This document shows, piece after piece, positions 26,826 through 37,440 of a stretch of 63,110 nucleotides of DNA. Position 1 is the stretch's first letter; every line of letters starts with the position of its first letter. Origin of the DNA: Draconibacterium orientale (GTDB taxonomy: Bacteria; Bacteroidota; Bacteroidia; Bacteroidales; JAADGE01). The stretch is from positions 46,930 through 110,039 of the forward strand of contig DZBS01000001.1 in the NCBI GenBank assembly GCA_022729995.1, given 5' to 3'. The notes beneath the pieces were generated by a model. It was not told the DNA's origin and did not search any database. It saw only the letters and a list, made by a program, of their open reading frames with translations. Position numbers and translations under genes: made by a program.

Positions 26826-28698
26826 TTTCATCGAAAATAATTATAAAATCTGAGCCTTTTCCTTCAATGCTTTTAACAATAATTTCGGCTTTGTTTTGGA
26901 GAACAAATTCATAAGTAAGAATTAATCCCAAACCGGTTCCGGATTCATCATTTGTTCCTCGTTGTGAGTTGGTTTGATCTATTTTGAAAAGTTTTTCTAT
27001 TGTTGCTTGAGACATACCAACTCCTGTATCTGAAACATGTAATTCAATTTTTCCGGTTTCGGTTTTTGAAGCAAAAACATTGATTTTACCGTCTATTGGT
27101 GTGAATTTTATTGCATTATTTACAATATTTCCAATAACGGTTGAAATTGTATTTCTATCGGCAAAAATTAATATGTTTTTGTCAATATTTGTTGATATTT
27201 CAATATTTTTATTTGTAGCATTTCTTGCATAAGGATTTATTGCATTTTCAGTTATTTCCAATAAATTAATATTCTCCATATTAACTTTTATTTCGTTTCT
27301 CTGCGACATTGCCCATGTAAGAAGATTTTGCAACATTTTATAAGTGATTTGTGCAGAATTGTTTATTTCTTGAATGAAATATTTTCTTTTTTCGTCGGTA
27401 TATCCGTCATAGTTTGAATTAATTAACTCTGAAAAGCCTAAAATTGCATTAAAAGGGTTTTTTAAATCGTGTGAAATAATCGAAAAGAATTTATCTTTTG
27501 TTGCATTTGCTTTACTTAAATTATCAGCTTGAATTTGAATCAGTCTTTTTTGCTCTTCAAGATGATTATTTATTTTTTTCTTTTCGTGTAAGCTTTTATA
27601 TGTAATAGTTAGTAATCCTACGATAAATAAACTTAAAGCAATGAAAAAATTTCTTACGTTTCTTTGTTTTTCTATTGCAAGTTTTTGTATTTGATTATTT
27701 GCGAGAAGTTCAAAATTTTCATTTTCTCTTTTTTCGAGTTCATATTTATCTTGTAATTCCTCGATATTTTGAGCACTCTCATTTTTCGATAAGCTATCGC
27801 TTAGTTGAATGAAAATTTTCATATATTTTAATGAAGATTTGTAATCTCTCAAACTATCGTATACAGCGGTTAGATTTTCATATGCTTTTACTTCAATAAA
27901 AAGTGCCTCTGTTTCTTTTGCGTAATTAATTGATAATGTAGCATATTTAATTACATCAGAATATTTTTTTTGTAATAGTCTCAAACCGGAAATATTTCCA
28001 TTTACTAATGCCATACCATACGGAGATTTTAAATCGGTATATAATTTTAAAGCTAAATCGTAATATTGACTTGCAAAGTCCGGTTGGTTTTTATACATGA
28101 ATATGGTTCCAATATTCATATAATTCAGAGCCATTCCTTCTTTATTGTTAAGTTTGGAATAGATTTCCAACGATTTTGTATTAAATTTTAATGCTTCATC
28201 ATATTTGTATAATGCTATTAACGCAAATCCCACATTGCAACTTGATGATGCTATACCATTCTCTAAATTAGATTTTTCAAAAAAAAACAAAGCTTTTTTA
28301 TAATAACCCAATGATTTTTGATATTCATTTTGGTTATAATAAACGTTTCCAATATTATGTAAACATGCTGCTTCTAAAACTTTATTATCAATTTCTTCTG
28401 ATATTTTGAGAGCATTTAAATAATATTCGAGAGCTTTATCGTTTTTCCCGGTTAACCAATATAGTGAACCTATATTTTTAAAGCTTTCTGAAATAAACTT
28501 TTTAGAATTAATTTTTTTTGAAAGATTTAGTGCTGAATTGAAGTAAAACAATGCCGTATCCGGCTTATTGTTAATGTATGAATTGCCGTTTTCCAGTAAT
28601 TTTTTTATTTTGAGTGTATCTGTTGTAATATTATTATTTTGAGCAAGAGTAATATTTATAAATAATACACTCGCAAGAAACAGAGATATAATTTTCAT
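26815..28698 (-). CDS. TPR-repeat sensor histidine kinase (no receiver domain)
   Basis: Signal peptide, about 7 TPR-like repeats, a TM helix (FFIALSLFIVGLLTITY), a coiled coil, the H-box FFSIISHDLKNP, and ATPase boxes NNAIKFT, DTGVGM and GTGLGL. Confidence 0.85.
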   Translation of the reverse strand: MKIISLFLASVLFINITLAQNNNITTDTLKIKKLLENGNSYINNKPDTALFYFNSALNLSKKINSKKFISESFKNIGSLYWLTGKNDKALEYYLNALKISEEIDNKVLEAACLHNIGNVYYNQNEYQKSLGYYKKALFFFEKSNLENGIASSSCNVGFALIALYKYDEALKFNTKSLEIYSKLNNKEGMALNYMNIGTIFMYKNQPDFASQYYDLALKLYTDLKSPYGMALVNGNISGLRLLQKKYSDVIKYATLSINYAKETEALFIEVKAYENLTAVYDSLRDYKSSLKYMKIFIQLSDSLSKNESAQNIEELQDKYELEKRENENFELLANNQIQKLAIEKQRNVRNFFIALSLFIVGLLTITYKSLHEKKKINNHLEEQKRLIQIQADNLSKANATKDKFFSIISHDLKNPFNAILGFSELINSNYDGYTDEKRKYFIQEINNSAQITYKMLQNLLTWAMSQRNEIKVNMENINLLEITENAINPYARNATNKNIEISTNIDKNILIFADRNTISTVIGNIVNNAIKFTPIDGKINVFASKTETGKIELHVSDTGVGMSQATIEKLFKIDQTNSQRGTNDESGTGLGLILTYEFVLQNKAEIIVKSIEGKGSDFIIIFDEIKS

Positions 28699-28813
28699 AA
28701 CGGATTACATTATTTTATTATAGTTGATGTTTTTTGTAGGAGTATACTCTTTTTCTAGTAAAATGTTTCTTATTTAGACGAAAAATAGTAACTGTTTTAG
28801 TAATCATTTTTTC

Positions 28814-31800
28814 CTAAAGTTTAAAACCTATTAAAATTATGTCGTCGGTTTGAGTTGTGGTACTCATCCAATCCATAATTGTGTCATCTAGAATTTTATA
28901 TTGTTCGTCGGCCGATTTTGTATGAATTTCAAAAAGCAATTCTTTTAATCTTTTTATCATAAATTTACGGTTGTCTTTTCCGCCAAATTGATCTTGATAT
29001 CCGTCGGAAAAAATGTAAAACCATGACGGGCTTTGGTAATTTATAATATGTTTTTCATAACTTCCGTCGCCTTTTTGAGATCCTCCAATTGCTTGTCGGT
29101 CGCCTTTTATATAATGTAAATTTCCGTTTTCAATATAAACCATTGGATTTTTAGCTCCCGAAAATTCAAGTGTTTTTTTCTTTTTATCAATAACGCAAAG
29201 TCCCAAATCCATTCCGTCTTGGTTTGATGTAGCATCTTGTTTTAAAGCGGTAATTACATATTTATTCATTTTCTGAAGAATCTCGGCAGCATCTGTAACT
29301 TTTTGGTTTACAATTGTTGTAAGAATTTCACTTCCAATCATGCTCATAAAAGCTCCCGGAACTCCGTGTCCGGTGCAATCAACGGCCGAAATAATAATTT
29401 TATCTTCTTTTTCGGCAAACCAATAAAAGTCGCCGCTTACTATATCTCTGGGTTTTAGCAAAATGAAGTATTCATCGAGTGCCGAAGAAATGTTTTCTTT
29501 TAAAGGCAACATTGCTTCTTGAATTCTTTTTGCATAAACTAAACTTGATGTAATATCTTTGTTTTTATGGTCAATTTCTTCATTTTTAGCAAATAGCGAA
29601 TCTCTTTGTGCAAGAATTTCTACGTTTTGCATTTCTATTTCTGCTGTTCTTTCTTTAACAATTCTTTCCAAATTTTCTTTTTGAAGTTTTACTCTTCTAA
29701 TACTCAACTGAACAATTCCCCAAATGAAAAATGCCAATAAAAATAAGTAGCTTATAAATGCTATTACAGATCTGTACCAAGGCGGTAAAATTTCAAATTT
29801 GTATTCGGCAACATTACTTTCTATTCCGTAAATATTTTTGGCTTTTACTTTAAATGTATAAACTCCGGGTTGTAAATTTGAATATTCCTTTGTTGTTTCG
29901 TATTTCCAATCGGACCAAGTAGCTTCGTCGCCTTCGAGCATAAATTTATACTGAGTGTTTTCGGGTTCTTCAAAGAAAATTGCAGAGAAATTGAATCTCA
30001 AAGCATTATATTCATAAGAAATTTGCAGAAATTTTTTTGTGTCTTGAGAAAGAACTGCAACGCCTGCTGTATCTGAAAAAGCTCCGTCGAATATCAACGA
30101 ATCATTTTTAATTATTTCAATTTTACGAATTGCTGTATTGAATTTTGAATTAAAATCTTTTTTAAATTTCAAATCGTAATGAACAAATCCTTTTTCGTTG
30201 CCGATAATAAGGTCGTTATCGGAAATCATATTTATTGTGTAAATATTGTCTCTGACTTTTAAAAACGGTGTTTTTTCAATTTTGTCGGAATCGCCAAACT
30301 CGTTTATTTTACCGAGAAGCCAATGTTTTTTGTTCTTATTTTTTGTGTCTTCAAGTTCTTCTTTAAACCAAATTGTTCCGTTTTTACCGCGATGAAGCAT
30401 TGTTATTTTGATATCGTAATCAAATATTTTTGCAAATTTTTCATCTGCCACAAACGTATTTTTATTTTTATCAAATCTAAAAATTCCTTTTTCTGTGGTA
30501 AATACAATTCTGTTGCTGAGTTTAAAAATATAGTTGTTTTTGTTTGAAGGCAATCCTTGTTCTTGTTTAAAAAGTTTGTTTTCTATTACAGAATCAAGAT
30601 TTGTATTTAATTTTAGTCGATAAAGTCCTTCTGTTCTGTCCGAAAGCCATATTGAACCGTCGTTATCTTCAACAATTTGTCGGAAATCGGCTGCAAAGTT
30701 TTTTATATCATTTTTAAATTTCCAAGTATTATTTTTGAATTCAAAAATTGACAAACCGTTTCCTCCGCCTGCCAACACGATATTTGGGTTTTCTTTTAAT
30801 TGAATAAAGGTTCTATAACTGATATTTTCTCTTAAGAAAATTGCAGAATCATTTCTAATCATGAAAAAACCTCCTGAACCGGCTCCAAGCAATTTATTGT
30901 CGATTGTGTCGATTTGCCAAATTTGAAAAGCTCCTGCTTTATTTTTTATCGGAACAAAATTGTCATCGTCAAGAGGATTTGCATTTGTCCAATTTTTATG
31001 GAAAACGCCTGTGGAACTTCCAATATATAATTTTCCTTCAAACAACATTGATGTGTATGTTGTTCCTGTTAGTCCGTAATTTTCAGTGTAAACAGAATAT
31101 GGTGAATTAGAGTATATTACTGAAATTCCGTTTGCCAAGCCCAACCAAATATTGTTTTCAATATCTTTCAAAATTGAATAAACTTGATTGTTTTGTAATC
31201 CGTTTTTTGTTGATATTTTCTTAACCGGTTTTAGGTTTAAATCGGTATAAACTACGCCTTTTGAATACATTCCAAGAGCATAATTATTTTCGCCTATTTT
31301 TGAATAGCAATATAATCCGTAAAGTAAACTGTCGTTTTCAAGCGGCTCGATTAATCCGTCTTTATATTTGAATGTGCCTGAATTCCATGTTACTATTGAT
31401 TCCGAATTTCCTTTATACGGAAACATTCCGGTTACCCAATTTTCGGCAAATTGTTCGGGTGTTCCTTTAAGTATTTTTAGTGAATCTCTTGTGTATTCTA
31501 ATATTCCGCGTCCTTTTTCTTGAATATAAAGTTTTTCGCCAACAGGAAACGGTAACACAAATCTGTTGCTTTCTGTTTTTACTTTTATTACTCTAAATTT
31601 ATTGTCTTTATATATGAGTAATGAAATTGGAGTAATAAAAATTACTTCATCTTTATAAATTACTATATTCCTGACTCTTGTAAATTCTTTTTCGCTTTCG
31701 GGAACTATTTTTGAAAGTGAAACATATTTCATGTCTCCTTTTGTGTCTACTTTTAAATATCCTAATTCTCCGTTACTTGCGCCAATATATATTCTGCCTC

Positions 31801-32089
31801 TTTGGTCTTTTGCCATTGAGTAGATTGTGGATTCTTCCGGTAAAAAAATTTGTCGCCAATTTCTTCCGTCGAATTCTAATATTACTGTTTGGTTTGCAAA
31901 ATAGAGTATTCCTCTGTTATCTTGAACAATGGCAAAATTTTGATTATTAGCCTTGTATTCTACATGAGAGTAATTTCTAATGAAAGGAATACCTACTTCT
32001 TTAATTTGCGAAATTCCGTTAAAGAATATTAATGTAAATATTAATAATGCAATGATTCTTCTTACCATGAAATTTTGAATAATATACAA
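28814..32089 (-). CDS. Two-component-regulator propeller/Y_Y_Y sensor fused to a PP2C (SpoIIE-type) phosphatase
   Basis: A long extracytoplasmic beta-propeller region, then a Y_Y_Y-like segment (YKFMLEGDEATWSDW...GVYTFKVKAKN), a TM helix and a coiled coil. PP2C motifs are SGDFYWF, VDCTGHGVPGAFMS and SDGYQDQFGG. The true start may be the internal Met (MVRRII). Confidence 0.85.
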   Translation of the reverse strand: MYIIQNFMVRRIIALLIFTLIFFNGISQIKEVGIPFIRNYSHVEYKANNQNFAIVQDNRGILYFANQTVILEFDGRNWRQIFLPEESTIYSMAKDQRGRIYIGASNGELGYLKVDTKGDMKYVSLSKIVPESEKEFTRVRNIVIYKDEVIFITPISLLIYKDNKFRVIKVKTESNRFVLPFPVGEKLYIQEKGRGILEYTRDSLKILKGTPEQFAENWVTGMFPYKGNSESIVTWNSGTFKYKDGLIEPLENDSLLYGLYCYSKIGENNYALGMYSKGVVYTDLNLKPVKKISTKNGLQNNQVYSILKDIENNIWLGLANGISVIYSNSPYSVYTENYGLTGTTYTSMLFEGKLYIGSSTGVFHKNWTNANPLDDDNFVPIKNKAGAFQIWQIDTIDNKLLGAGSGGFFMIRNDSAIFLRENISYRTFIQLKENPNIVLAGGGNGLSIFEFKNNTWKFKNDIKNFAADFRQIVEDNDGSIWLSDRTEGLYRLKLNTNLDSVIENKLFKQEQGLPSNKNNYIFKLSNRIVFTTEKGIFRFDKNKNTFVADEKFAKIFDYDIKITMLHRGKNGTIWFKEELEDTKNKNKKHWLLGKINEFGDSDKIEKTPFLKVRDNIYTINMISDNDLIIGNEKGFVHYDLKFKKDFNSKFNTAIRKIEIIKNDSLIFDGAFSDTAGVAVLSQDTKKFLQISYEYNALRFNFSAIFFEEPENTQYKFMLEGDEATWSDWKYETTKEYSNLQPGVYTFKVKAKNIYGIESNVAEYKFEILPPWYRSVIAFISYLFLLAFFIWGIVQLSIRRVKLQKENLERIVKERTAEIEMQNVEILAQRDSLFAKNEEIDHKNKDITSSLVYAKRIQEAMLPLKENISSALDEYFILLKPRDIVSGDFYWFAEKEDKIIISAVDCTGHGVPGAFMSMIGSEILTTIVNQKVTDAAEILQKMNKYVITALKQDATSNQDGMDLGLCVIDKKKKTLEFSGAKNPMVYIENGNLHYIKGDRQAIGGSQKGDGSYEKHIINYQSPSWFYIFSDGYQDQFGGKDNRKFMIKRLKELLFEIHTKSADEQYKILDDTIMDWMSTTTQTDDIILIGFKL

Positions 32090-32138
32090 TACAAATATAT
32101 CATTTTTTTTTATAATAAATTGCTAAATTCTTAACTCA

Positions 32139-34340
32139 TTAATCATGCCGGTTATTGAATATTTCGTTTCCTTTCTCATCTATAATTGAATAGAATGGTT
32201 TTTGTTTCATTTTTTGTTGAGATGTTAATTTTTGTAATATTGAATTACAACCAATTATATTTATTGTTTTACTGTTTATTTTTATTGCTTTTATTCCAAA
32301 AAAAGGTGTGTCGGAAAGATAATTTTTTTGTTCTGTAATTTTTCCGGTTTCATCTAAAATGCTCAGAAAAATATTTGTTGCATTTTCTTGAATTGTTTTT
32401 ATTGTTTTTCCTTTTATATCTGTGTAATCATTAAAATTATTAAATATAAAAATGTTTTTTTCAACTTTTATCAATCCAAAAAATTCACCTTTTAAATTAA
32501 TTTCGGTTTTGTAATTTATAGTGTTGTCGTTCAAATTTATTGAATAAATAATTTGCTTATTTTCTTCGTTTAAGTTTAATTTATTTATATTTTGTTCAAA
32601 TACAATAATCATAGAATTCGCAATATCATCGTATTGTGCATATTTTGGTGTTAGATTGATATTTATTTTTTGTTCGGAAATCAATATTCCTTTTAAATCT
32701 GTTTTTGTTAAAATATTTGTCAGGTTTTTGTCACTTTGCGATGTTTGTAAAATATAAAATCCGGTTTCAATTGGCAATATAAGCATTCCGTTAACGTTTG
32801 ATGTGTCTGATTTTGAAAGCTTTGTAAGAAATTCGTTTTTCCCGTTTTCGTTTGCTTTTCCGAAAAACGATTGCATTTTTTCGTTTGTGTTTTTGTAGAA
32901 TCCTGTATATAAAATGTTGTTTTTGTCGGTTTTTAAATAATTTGTTACGTAAAAGTTGTTTGTTTTTATTTCTTCCGGAAACGGATTGTTGAAATTTATA
33001 TTGATATTTTTTAAGCTGTCGAAGGTAATTTTTTCTTTGTCGAAGTATGATTGACTAACAATTTTTTTCAAATAGTTTGAAAAAGCTTTTTCAATTTCGG
33101 TGTTTAAAAATAATTCTTGTTGAAATGAAAATTGTTTTAAACCGGTCATTCCTTCAAAATATGTAAGATAAAAATTTTGATATTTTCTAATTTGTTCGGG
33201 TTTTATTTCTGTTTCAAATTCCTTATTAAGGCTGTCGGCAAATTGTTTTTGATCAAGAATTGATTTATAAAATTGTGCTATTTTTTTATCGTTAACAAAA
33301 GTTTTGTCCAAAGGATTATTTATTGTTTTTCGTTCCAAAATCATTAAATTAACTTTTGCTTCAAAATAATTAAAAAGTCTGACTAATAATGAGTTATTAT
33401 CGTATTTTCCGATTTTGTATATTATTTTTTTATCAACGGTAAATACCGGTATTTCGTCTGAATATTTTTCTTCGGTAAATTGGTCAATTTTATTTTTTAT
33501 GTCTGAATATGTTTTATCAATATCTGTTTTATTTGCTCTAATTGTTGTATTCATTGTTTGTTTAACTTCTTTCACCCAAGTTTTGTAGTCCCACAAATTA
33601 ATATCGTTTTCCAAAAAATTTGCACTTGTAAGCCCGTCGAGTCTGTATGTTACAATTTTTCTTAGTTTATATTCCTGATGATAATTTCCTATCGGATATT
33701 CTTTTAAAGCAATTTTATATTTATCGAAATAAATTAAAGTAGAATCGTAATATATTTCAAGAGCATCAATTTTGTCAATAAAATCTTTATTTTCATTAAG
33801 ATATATATTTTTAATAATAGCAAATTCGCTGTTTATTTCTTTGAAAATAGCAATACATTTATTGTAACTTTCAACAGTTTTATTATACGAATTTATTATT
33901 TTGTTTATATGAATTTCAAAATTTGCGGTTTCTGCTACTTTTTTATCAATAAAATTGTTAATATCTGTGTCTGCAAGTTTTCCTTTTGCAGGAATTATTC
34001 CGGCATTTTCGTAATATTTGTAGTTCGATTTGGATTCTTCCTGCATTGTATGTCTGGCCAAATTAAAATATAGTTTTGTGTTGTAAATAAACAGTTTAAC
34101 AAAATAATAATCTGTAAATGGGTTATATGATTTTTGCCAATCCATTGTAATTAAGCCCATTTGAAAATATGTATTTGCAAAATTCGGGTCTTGTTTTTGA
34201 TAAGCCAAAAGCATTGTGTATGATTTTTCTTTGTCGCCGGAAAGTACAAGGTCATACACATCTTTATATTTTATTTCCTGCGATTTTGAGGAAAATGTTA
34301 TTGAGAATGATATTATTAAAAGTATAATGAGCTTCTTCAT
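32139..34340 (-). CDS. Large secreted hypothetical protein
   Basis: 733 aa with a signal peptide and low-complexity N/K/I-rich composition. No motif recognised. Confidence 0.6.
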   Translation of the reverse strand: MKKLIILLIISFSITFSSKSQEIKYKDVYDLVLSGDKEKSYTMLLAYQKQDPNFANTYFQMGLITMDWQKSYNPFTDYYFVKLFIYNTKLYFNLARHTMQEESKSNYKYYENAGIIPAKGKLADTDINNFIDKKVAETANFEIHINKIINSYNKTVESYNKCIAIFKEINSEFAIIKNIYLNENKDFIDKIDALEIYYDSTLIYFDKYKIALKEYPIGNYHQEYKLRKIVTYRLDGLTSANFLENDINLWDYKTWVKEVKQTMNTTIRANKTDIDKTYSDIKNKIDQFTEEKYSDEIPVFTVDKKIIYKIGKYDNNSLLVRLFNYFEAKVNLMILERKTINNPLDKTFVNDKKIAQFYKSILDQKQFADSLNKEFETEIKPEQIRKYQNFYLTYFEGMTGLKQFSFQQELFLNTEIEKAFSNYLKKIVSQSYFDKEKITFDSLKNININFNNPFPEEIKTNNFYVTNYLKTDKNNILYTGFYKNTNEKMQSFFGKANENGKNEFLTKLSKSDTSNVNGMLILPIETGFYILQTSQSDKNLTNILTKTDLKGILISEQKININLTPKYAQYDDIANSMIIVFEQNINKLNLNEENKQIIYSINLNDNTINYKTEINLKGEFFGLIKVEKNIFIFNNFNDYTDIKGKTIKTIQENATNIFLSILDETGKITEQKNYLSDTPFFGIKAIKINSKTINIIGCNSILQKLTSQQKMKQKPFYSIIDEKGNEIFNNRHD

Positions 34341-34403
34341 TTTTTTAAATTTTAATATTCAAATTAAGGTTTTTGAACCTGTTTTTTTGTTTTAAATTGA
34401 TTT

Positions 34404-36470
34404 TTATAGTTCAATAATTTTCATTTCCACTCTTCTGTTTTTTGCTCTGTTTTCTTCGGAATCAACCGGGAAATATGCAGGTTTTCTTTTTCCGTAGCCT
34501 TTTGCAATTAATTTTTCCTTTGAAATATTTTTTTCAATAAGATATTGAACTACAGATTGAGCTCTTTTGTCGGATAATTTTAAATTGTAAATATCTGAAC
34601 CAACATCGTCTGTATGCGCCGAAATTTCTATTTTTATATTCGGATTTTTTTCAAGCAATTTAGTAACTCTGTCGAGTTCAACAAACGAACTTTCGTTTAA
34701 AACTGCCGAGTTAAACTCAAAATTTATGTCGCTAAGTTCAATTTTTGTTTCCTTTTTTAAAGGTTGAAGTTTTATTTCCGATTTTGTTTCCGGAAATTCG
34801 TCAATTAAATCAACTGTTGCGTTTGCAAAACCGTAACCGTTTGGAGTAACGCTTATTTCATATCTGTTTCCGTCGCGAAGAGAAAGTTTTAATTTTCCGT
34901 TTTCGTCGGTTGTTGCGGTAATTATTGTTCTTTCGTTTGTTGTAAGATTTGTTATTTCAACTGTTGTTGTAACACCTGCACCTGTTTCGCTGTCGGAAAG
35001 CGAAAGTTCGTATTCTATTTTATTTATTTGAAGTTCAATATCTTTCTCAAATTCGCTAAATTGAACAACATCTGTGAGAGCAAGTTCAAAATTGTTTGTA
35101 ATATAATGTTTTTTTGAAACTTCAATTTTATAGTTTTTACCAATATTTAATTTAAGAGAATATCTTCCTTTGTCGGTTTCTGTTGGTTTAACATCTTGAA
35201 TTTCACCTGTTTTTGTGTCAATTATTTTTATTGTTCCTTCAAGCGGTTCATAAATTTCGTTGTCAAAAACATTAAGAATTATGTTAACTGAGTTATAAAG
35301 TTTTATATCTCTTTTGATTTTTGTTTCAGGTGAAATTTTTGGGTCAAAATTTGAAAAACTGTGAGAATAATTTTCGTTGTAAATATCAATTTTATATGTT
35401 CTGTCTATTCCCAAAATATATGAATATTCGCCTGTTTCCGAGTTATTTGTAATGCTGTAAAGAATTATTGATGAATACGGGTCTATAATATCAATTTTTG
35501 CCGGAATTGGTAAATTTGTATTCAAATCTGTAATAATTCCGCTAACAATCACAGTTTTTTCGGGTTTAAATTCGAGCGAAACCGGTGCATAATAAATTCT
35601 TTCCAATTCCGTTTTTTTGTCGCTCGAAATTCTTGAAAAATACATATTTTGATTATCGGCGTCATAGCAAGGTGAAAATTCATCGAATAAAGTGTTAAAA
35701 AGTGTGTCGCGAACAGGCGTAATCCAAGCGTTTTTTGTTATAAGTTTGGTGTAAAATATATCGGAATTTTTGTTTTCAATATTTCTTAACGAACTAAAAT
35801 ACAGCGACTTTCCGTCGGCTGCAATTCGAGGATTTCTGTCGCAACCGGAATTTACAGGCGCAGGAAGTTCAGCAGGATTTGACCATTTTCCGTCATATAA
35901 ATGACTAACATACATCGTTTTGCATTCAAATTTCTTGAGACTCTCATTCACAAAATCTCTTACAAAATAAAATGTTTTTCCGTCTGGCGAAATGCAAGGG
36001 TCGCTTTCGTTTGCTCCGGAATTTATCGGAGCCGGCATTTTTATTGGTTTCGACCAATTATTATTTATCTTTTTTGTGTACCAAATATTAAAAACCGAGT
36101 CTTTATTATCGTTTCTTTTTGCAAAATATATTTCGGAAGCATTTTGGTTATACGACGGCGATTCGATATAAAAAATACCGGAATCCATATAGTTTATTGC
36201 ATCAATATATTTTGGCTTTTTCCAATTTCCGTTTAAATCTTTTTTCGATTCGGCAACAAAATCTTTTTTTTGAGTTTTAACTATAAAAACAATTGAATTT
36301 CCGTCGTAACTTATGTAAGGCGAATTTACGTTTGTATCGGTTTTGTTGATATTTGTAGGTAATAAATTTACTTCCTGAGCTTGAGAATTTACTGTTTGAC
36401 TTATTAATATTACAAACAGTAATTTGAAAAATAAACGTTTTGGCATGGTTCTTTTTTTTCGGTAATACAT
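34404..36470 (-). CDS. OmpA-family protein with TolB/PD40-like propeller repeats and CarboxypepD_reg-like domains
   Basis: Repeated SP..S.DG..(I/L)YF units, Ig-like middle repeats, and a C-terminal OmpA_C domain (SAHTDDVGSDIYNLKLSDKRAQSV...NRRVE). Confidence 0.85.
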   Translation of the reverse strand: MYYRKKRTMPKRLFFKLLFVILISQTVNSQAQEVNLLPTNINKTDTNVNSPYISYDGNSIVFIVKTQKKDFVAESKKDLNGNWKKPKYIDAINYMDSGIFYIESPSYNQNASEIYFAKRNDNKDSVFNIWYTKKINNNWSKPIKMPAPINSGANESDPCISPDGKTFYFVRDFVNESLKKFECKTMYVSHLYDGKWSNPAELPAPVNSGCDRNPRIAADGKSLYFSSLRNIENKNSDIFYTKLITKNAWITPVRDTLFNTLFDEFSPCYDADNQNMYFSRISSDKKTELERIYYAPVSLEFKPEKTVIVSGIITDLNTNLPIPAKIDIIDPYSSIILYSITNNSETGEYSYILGIDRTYKIDIYNENYSHSFSNFDPKISPETKIKRDIKLYNSVNIILNVFDNEIYEPLEGTIKIIDTKTGEIQDVKPTETDKGRYSLKLNIGKNYKIEVSKKHYITNNFELALTDVVQFSEFEKDIELQINKIEYELSLSDSETGAGVTTTVEITNLTTNERTIITATTDENGKLKLSLRDGNRYEISVTPNGYGFANATVDLIDEFPETKSEIKLQPLKKETKIELSDINFEFNSAVLNESSFVELDRVTKLLEKNPNIKIEISAHTDDVGSDIYNLKLSDKRAQSVVQYLIEKNISKEKLIAKGYGKRKPAYFPVDSEENRAKNRRVEMKIIEL

Positions 36471-36659
36471 TTTTAATTACTTATCAAATTTAAATTATAA
36501 ATTTAAAATATAATTTTTTTTTTGATATTAGTTTTAAAAAATTTTGTTAAAATGATTTTTCCTCGATTTTTCTATCAAATTATAATTTTTGCTGTTAATA
36601 ATTAGTATTAATTTTGGAGGGATTATTTTATTATTATTTTCAATTTAAAAAACAAAAAA

Positions 36660-37346
36660 ATGCCCGAAGTATTATTTGAAGACAATCATTTTATTATAGT
36701 AAATAAAAAATGCGGCGATATTGTTCAGGGCGATAAAACCGGCGACAAAACTCTTGCCGACCATGTTAAAGAATACATTAAAACTAAATATAATAAACCC
36801 GGCAAAGTTTTTTTGGGAGTTACTCACCGGCTCGACAGACCCACAAGCGGAATTGTCATTTTTGCTCGCACAAGCAAGGCTTTAACGCGAATGAATAATA
36901 TTTTTAAAGAAAAAAAAATAATCAAACATTATCTTGCAGTTGTTAACAAAATGCCTCCAAAACAAAGCGATTTTTTAAATGATTTTTTGGTGCGAAACGA
37001 AAAGCAAAATAAATCTTATGCTTTTGATATTGAACAAAAAAACTCAAAAAGTGCCGAACTTTTTTATGAATTTATTTCAAAGTCGGATAAGTTTTTCTTG
37101 TTGAAAATTAAATTGATAACAGGTCGTCATCATCAAATTAGAGCGCAATTGGCTAAAATCGGTTGTTTTATTAAAGGCGATTTGAAATACGGTTTTCCTC
37201 GTTCAAATCCCGACGGCGGAATTCATTTGCATTCATACACAGCCGAGTTTGAACATCCTGTAACTAAAGAAACGGTTAAAATTAAAGCTCTTCCGCCAAA
37301 AGATTCTGTTTGGGATTTCTTTAAAAGTCAGAACTTATTTGTATAG
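36660..37346 (+). CDS. RluA-family pseudouridine synthase (no S4 domain)
   Basis: Catalytic motif VTHRLDRPTSGIVIFA and C-terminal GRHHQIRAQL. Confidence 0.85.
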   Translation: MPEVLFEDNHFIIVNKKCGDIVQGDKTGDKTLADHVKEYIKTKYNKPGKVFLGVTHRLDRPTSGIVIFARTSKALTRMNNIFKEKKIIKHYLAVVNKMPPKQSDFLNDFLVRNEKQNKSYAFDIEQKNSKSAELFYEFISKSDKFFLLKIKLITGRHHQIRAQLAKIGCFIKGDLKYGFPRSNPDGGIHLHSYTAEFEHPVTKETVKIKALPPKDSVWDFFKSQNLFV

Positions 37347-37350
37347 TTCA

Positions 37351-37437
37351 GTTCACAGTCTACAGTTCACAGTCTACAGTATATAAAAGACTGCCTACTG
37401 AAGACTGCCTACTGAAGACTGCCTACTGAAGACTGAA
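37351..37437. repeat. Two 14-bp tandem arrays in mutually inverted orientation that fill a convergent spacer
   Basis: gttcacagtctaca x2 (37351-37378) and gactgcctactgaa x3.5 (37389-37437). The reverse complement of the second unit matches the first array, in the register ttcagttcacagtc, at 11/14 positions, so the arrays can form a long imperfect hairpin. Confidence 0.85.
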
Positions 37438-37440
37438 AAC

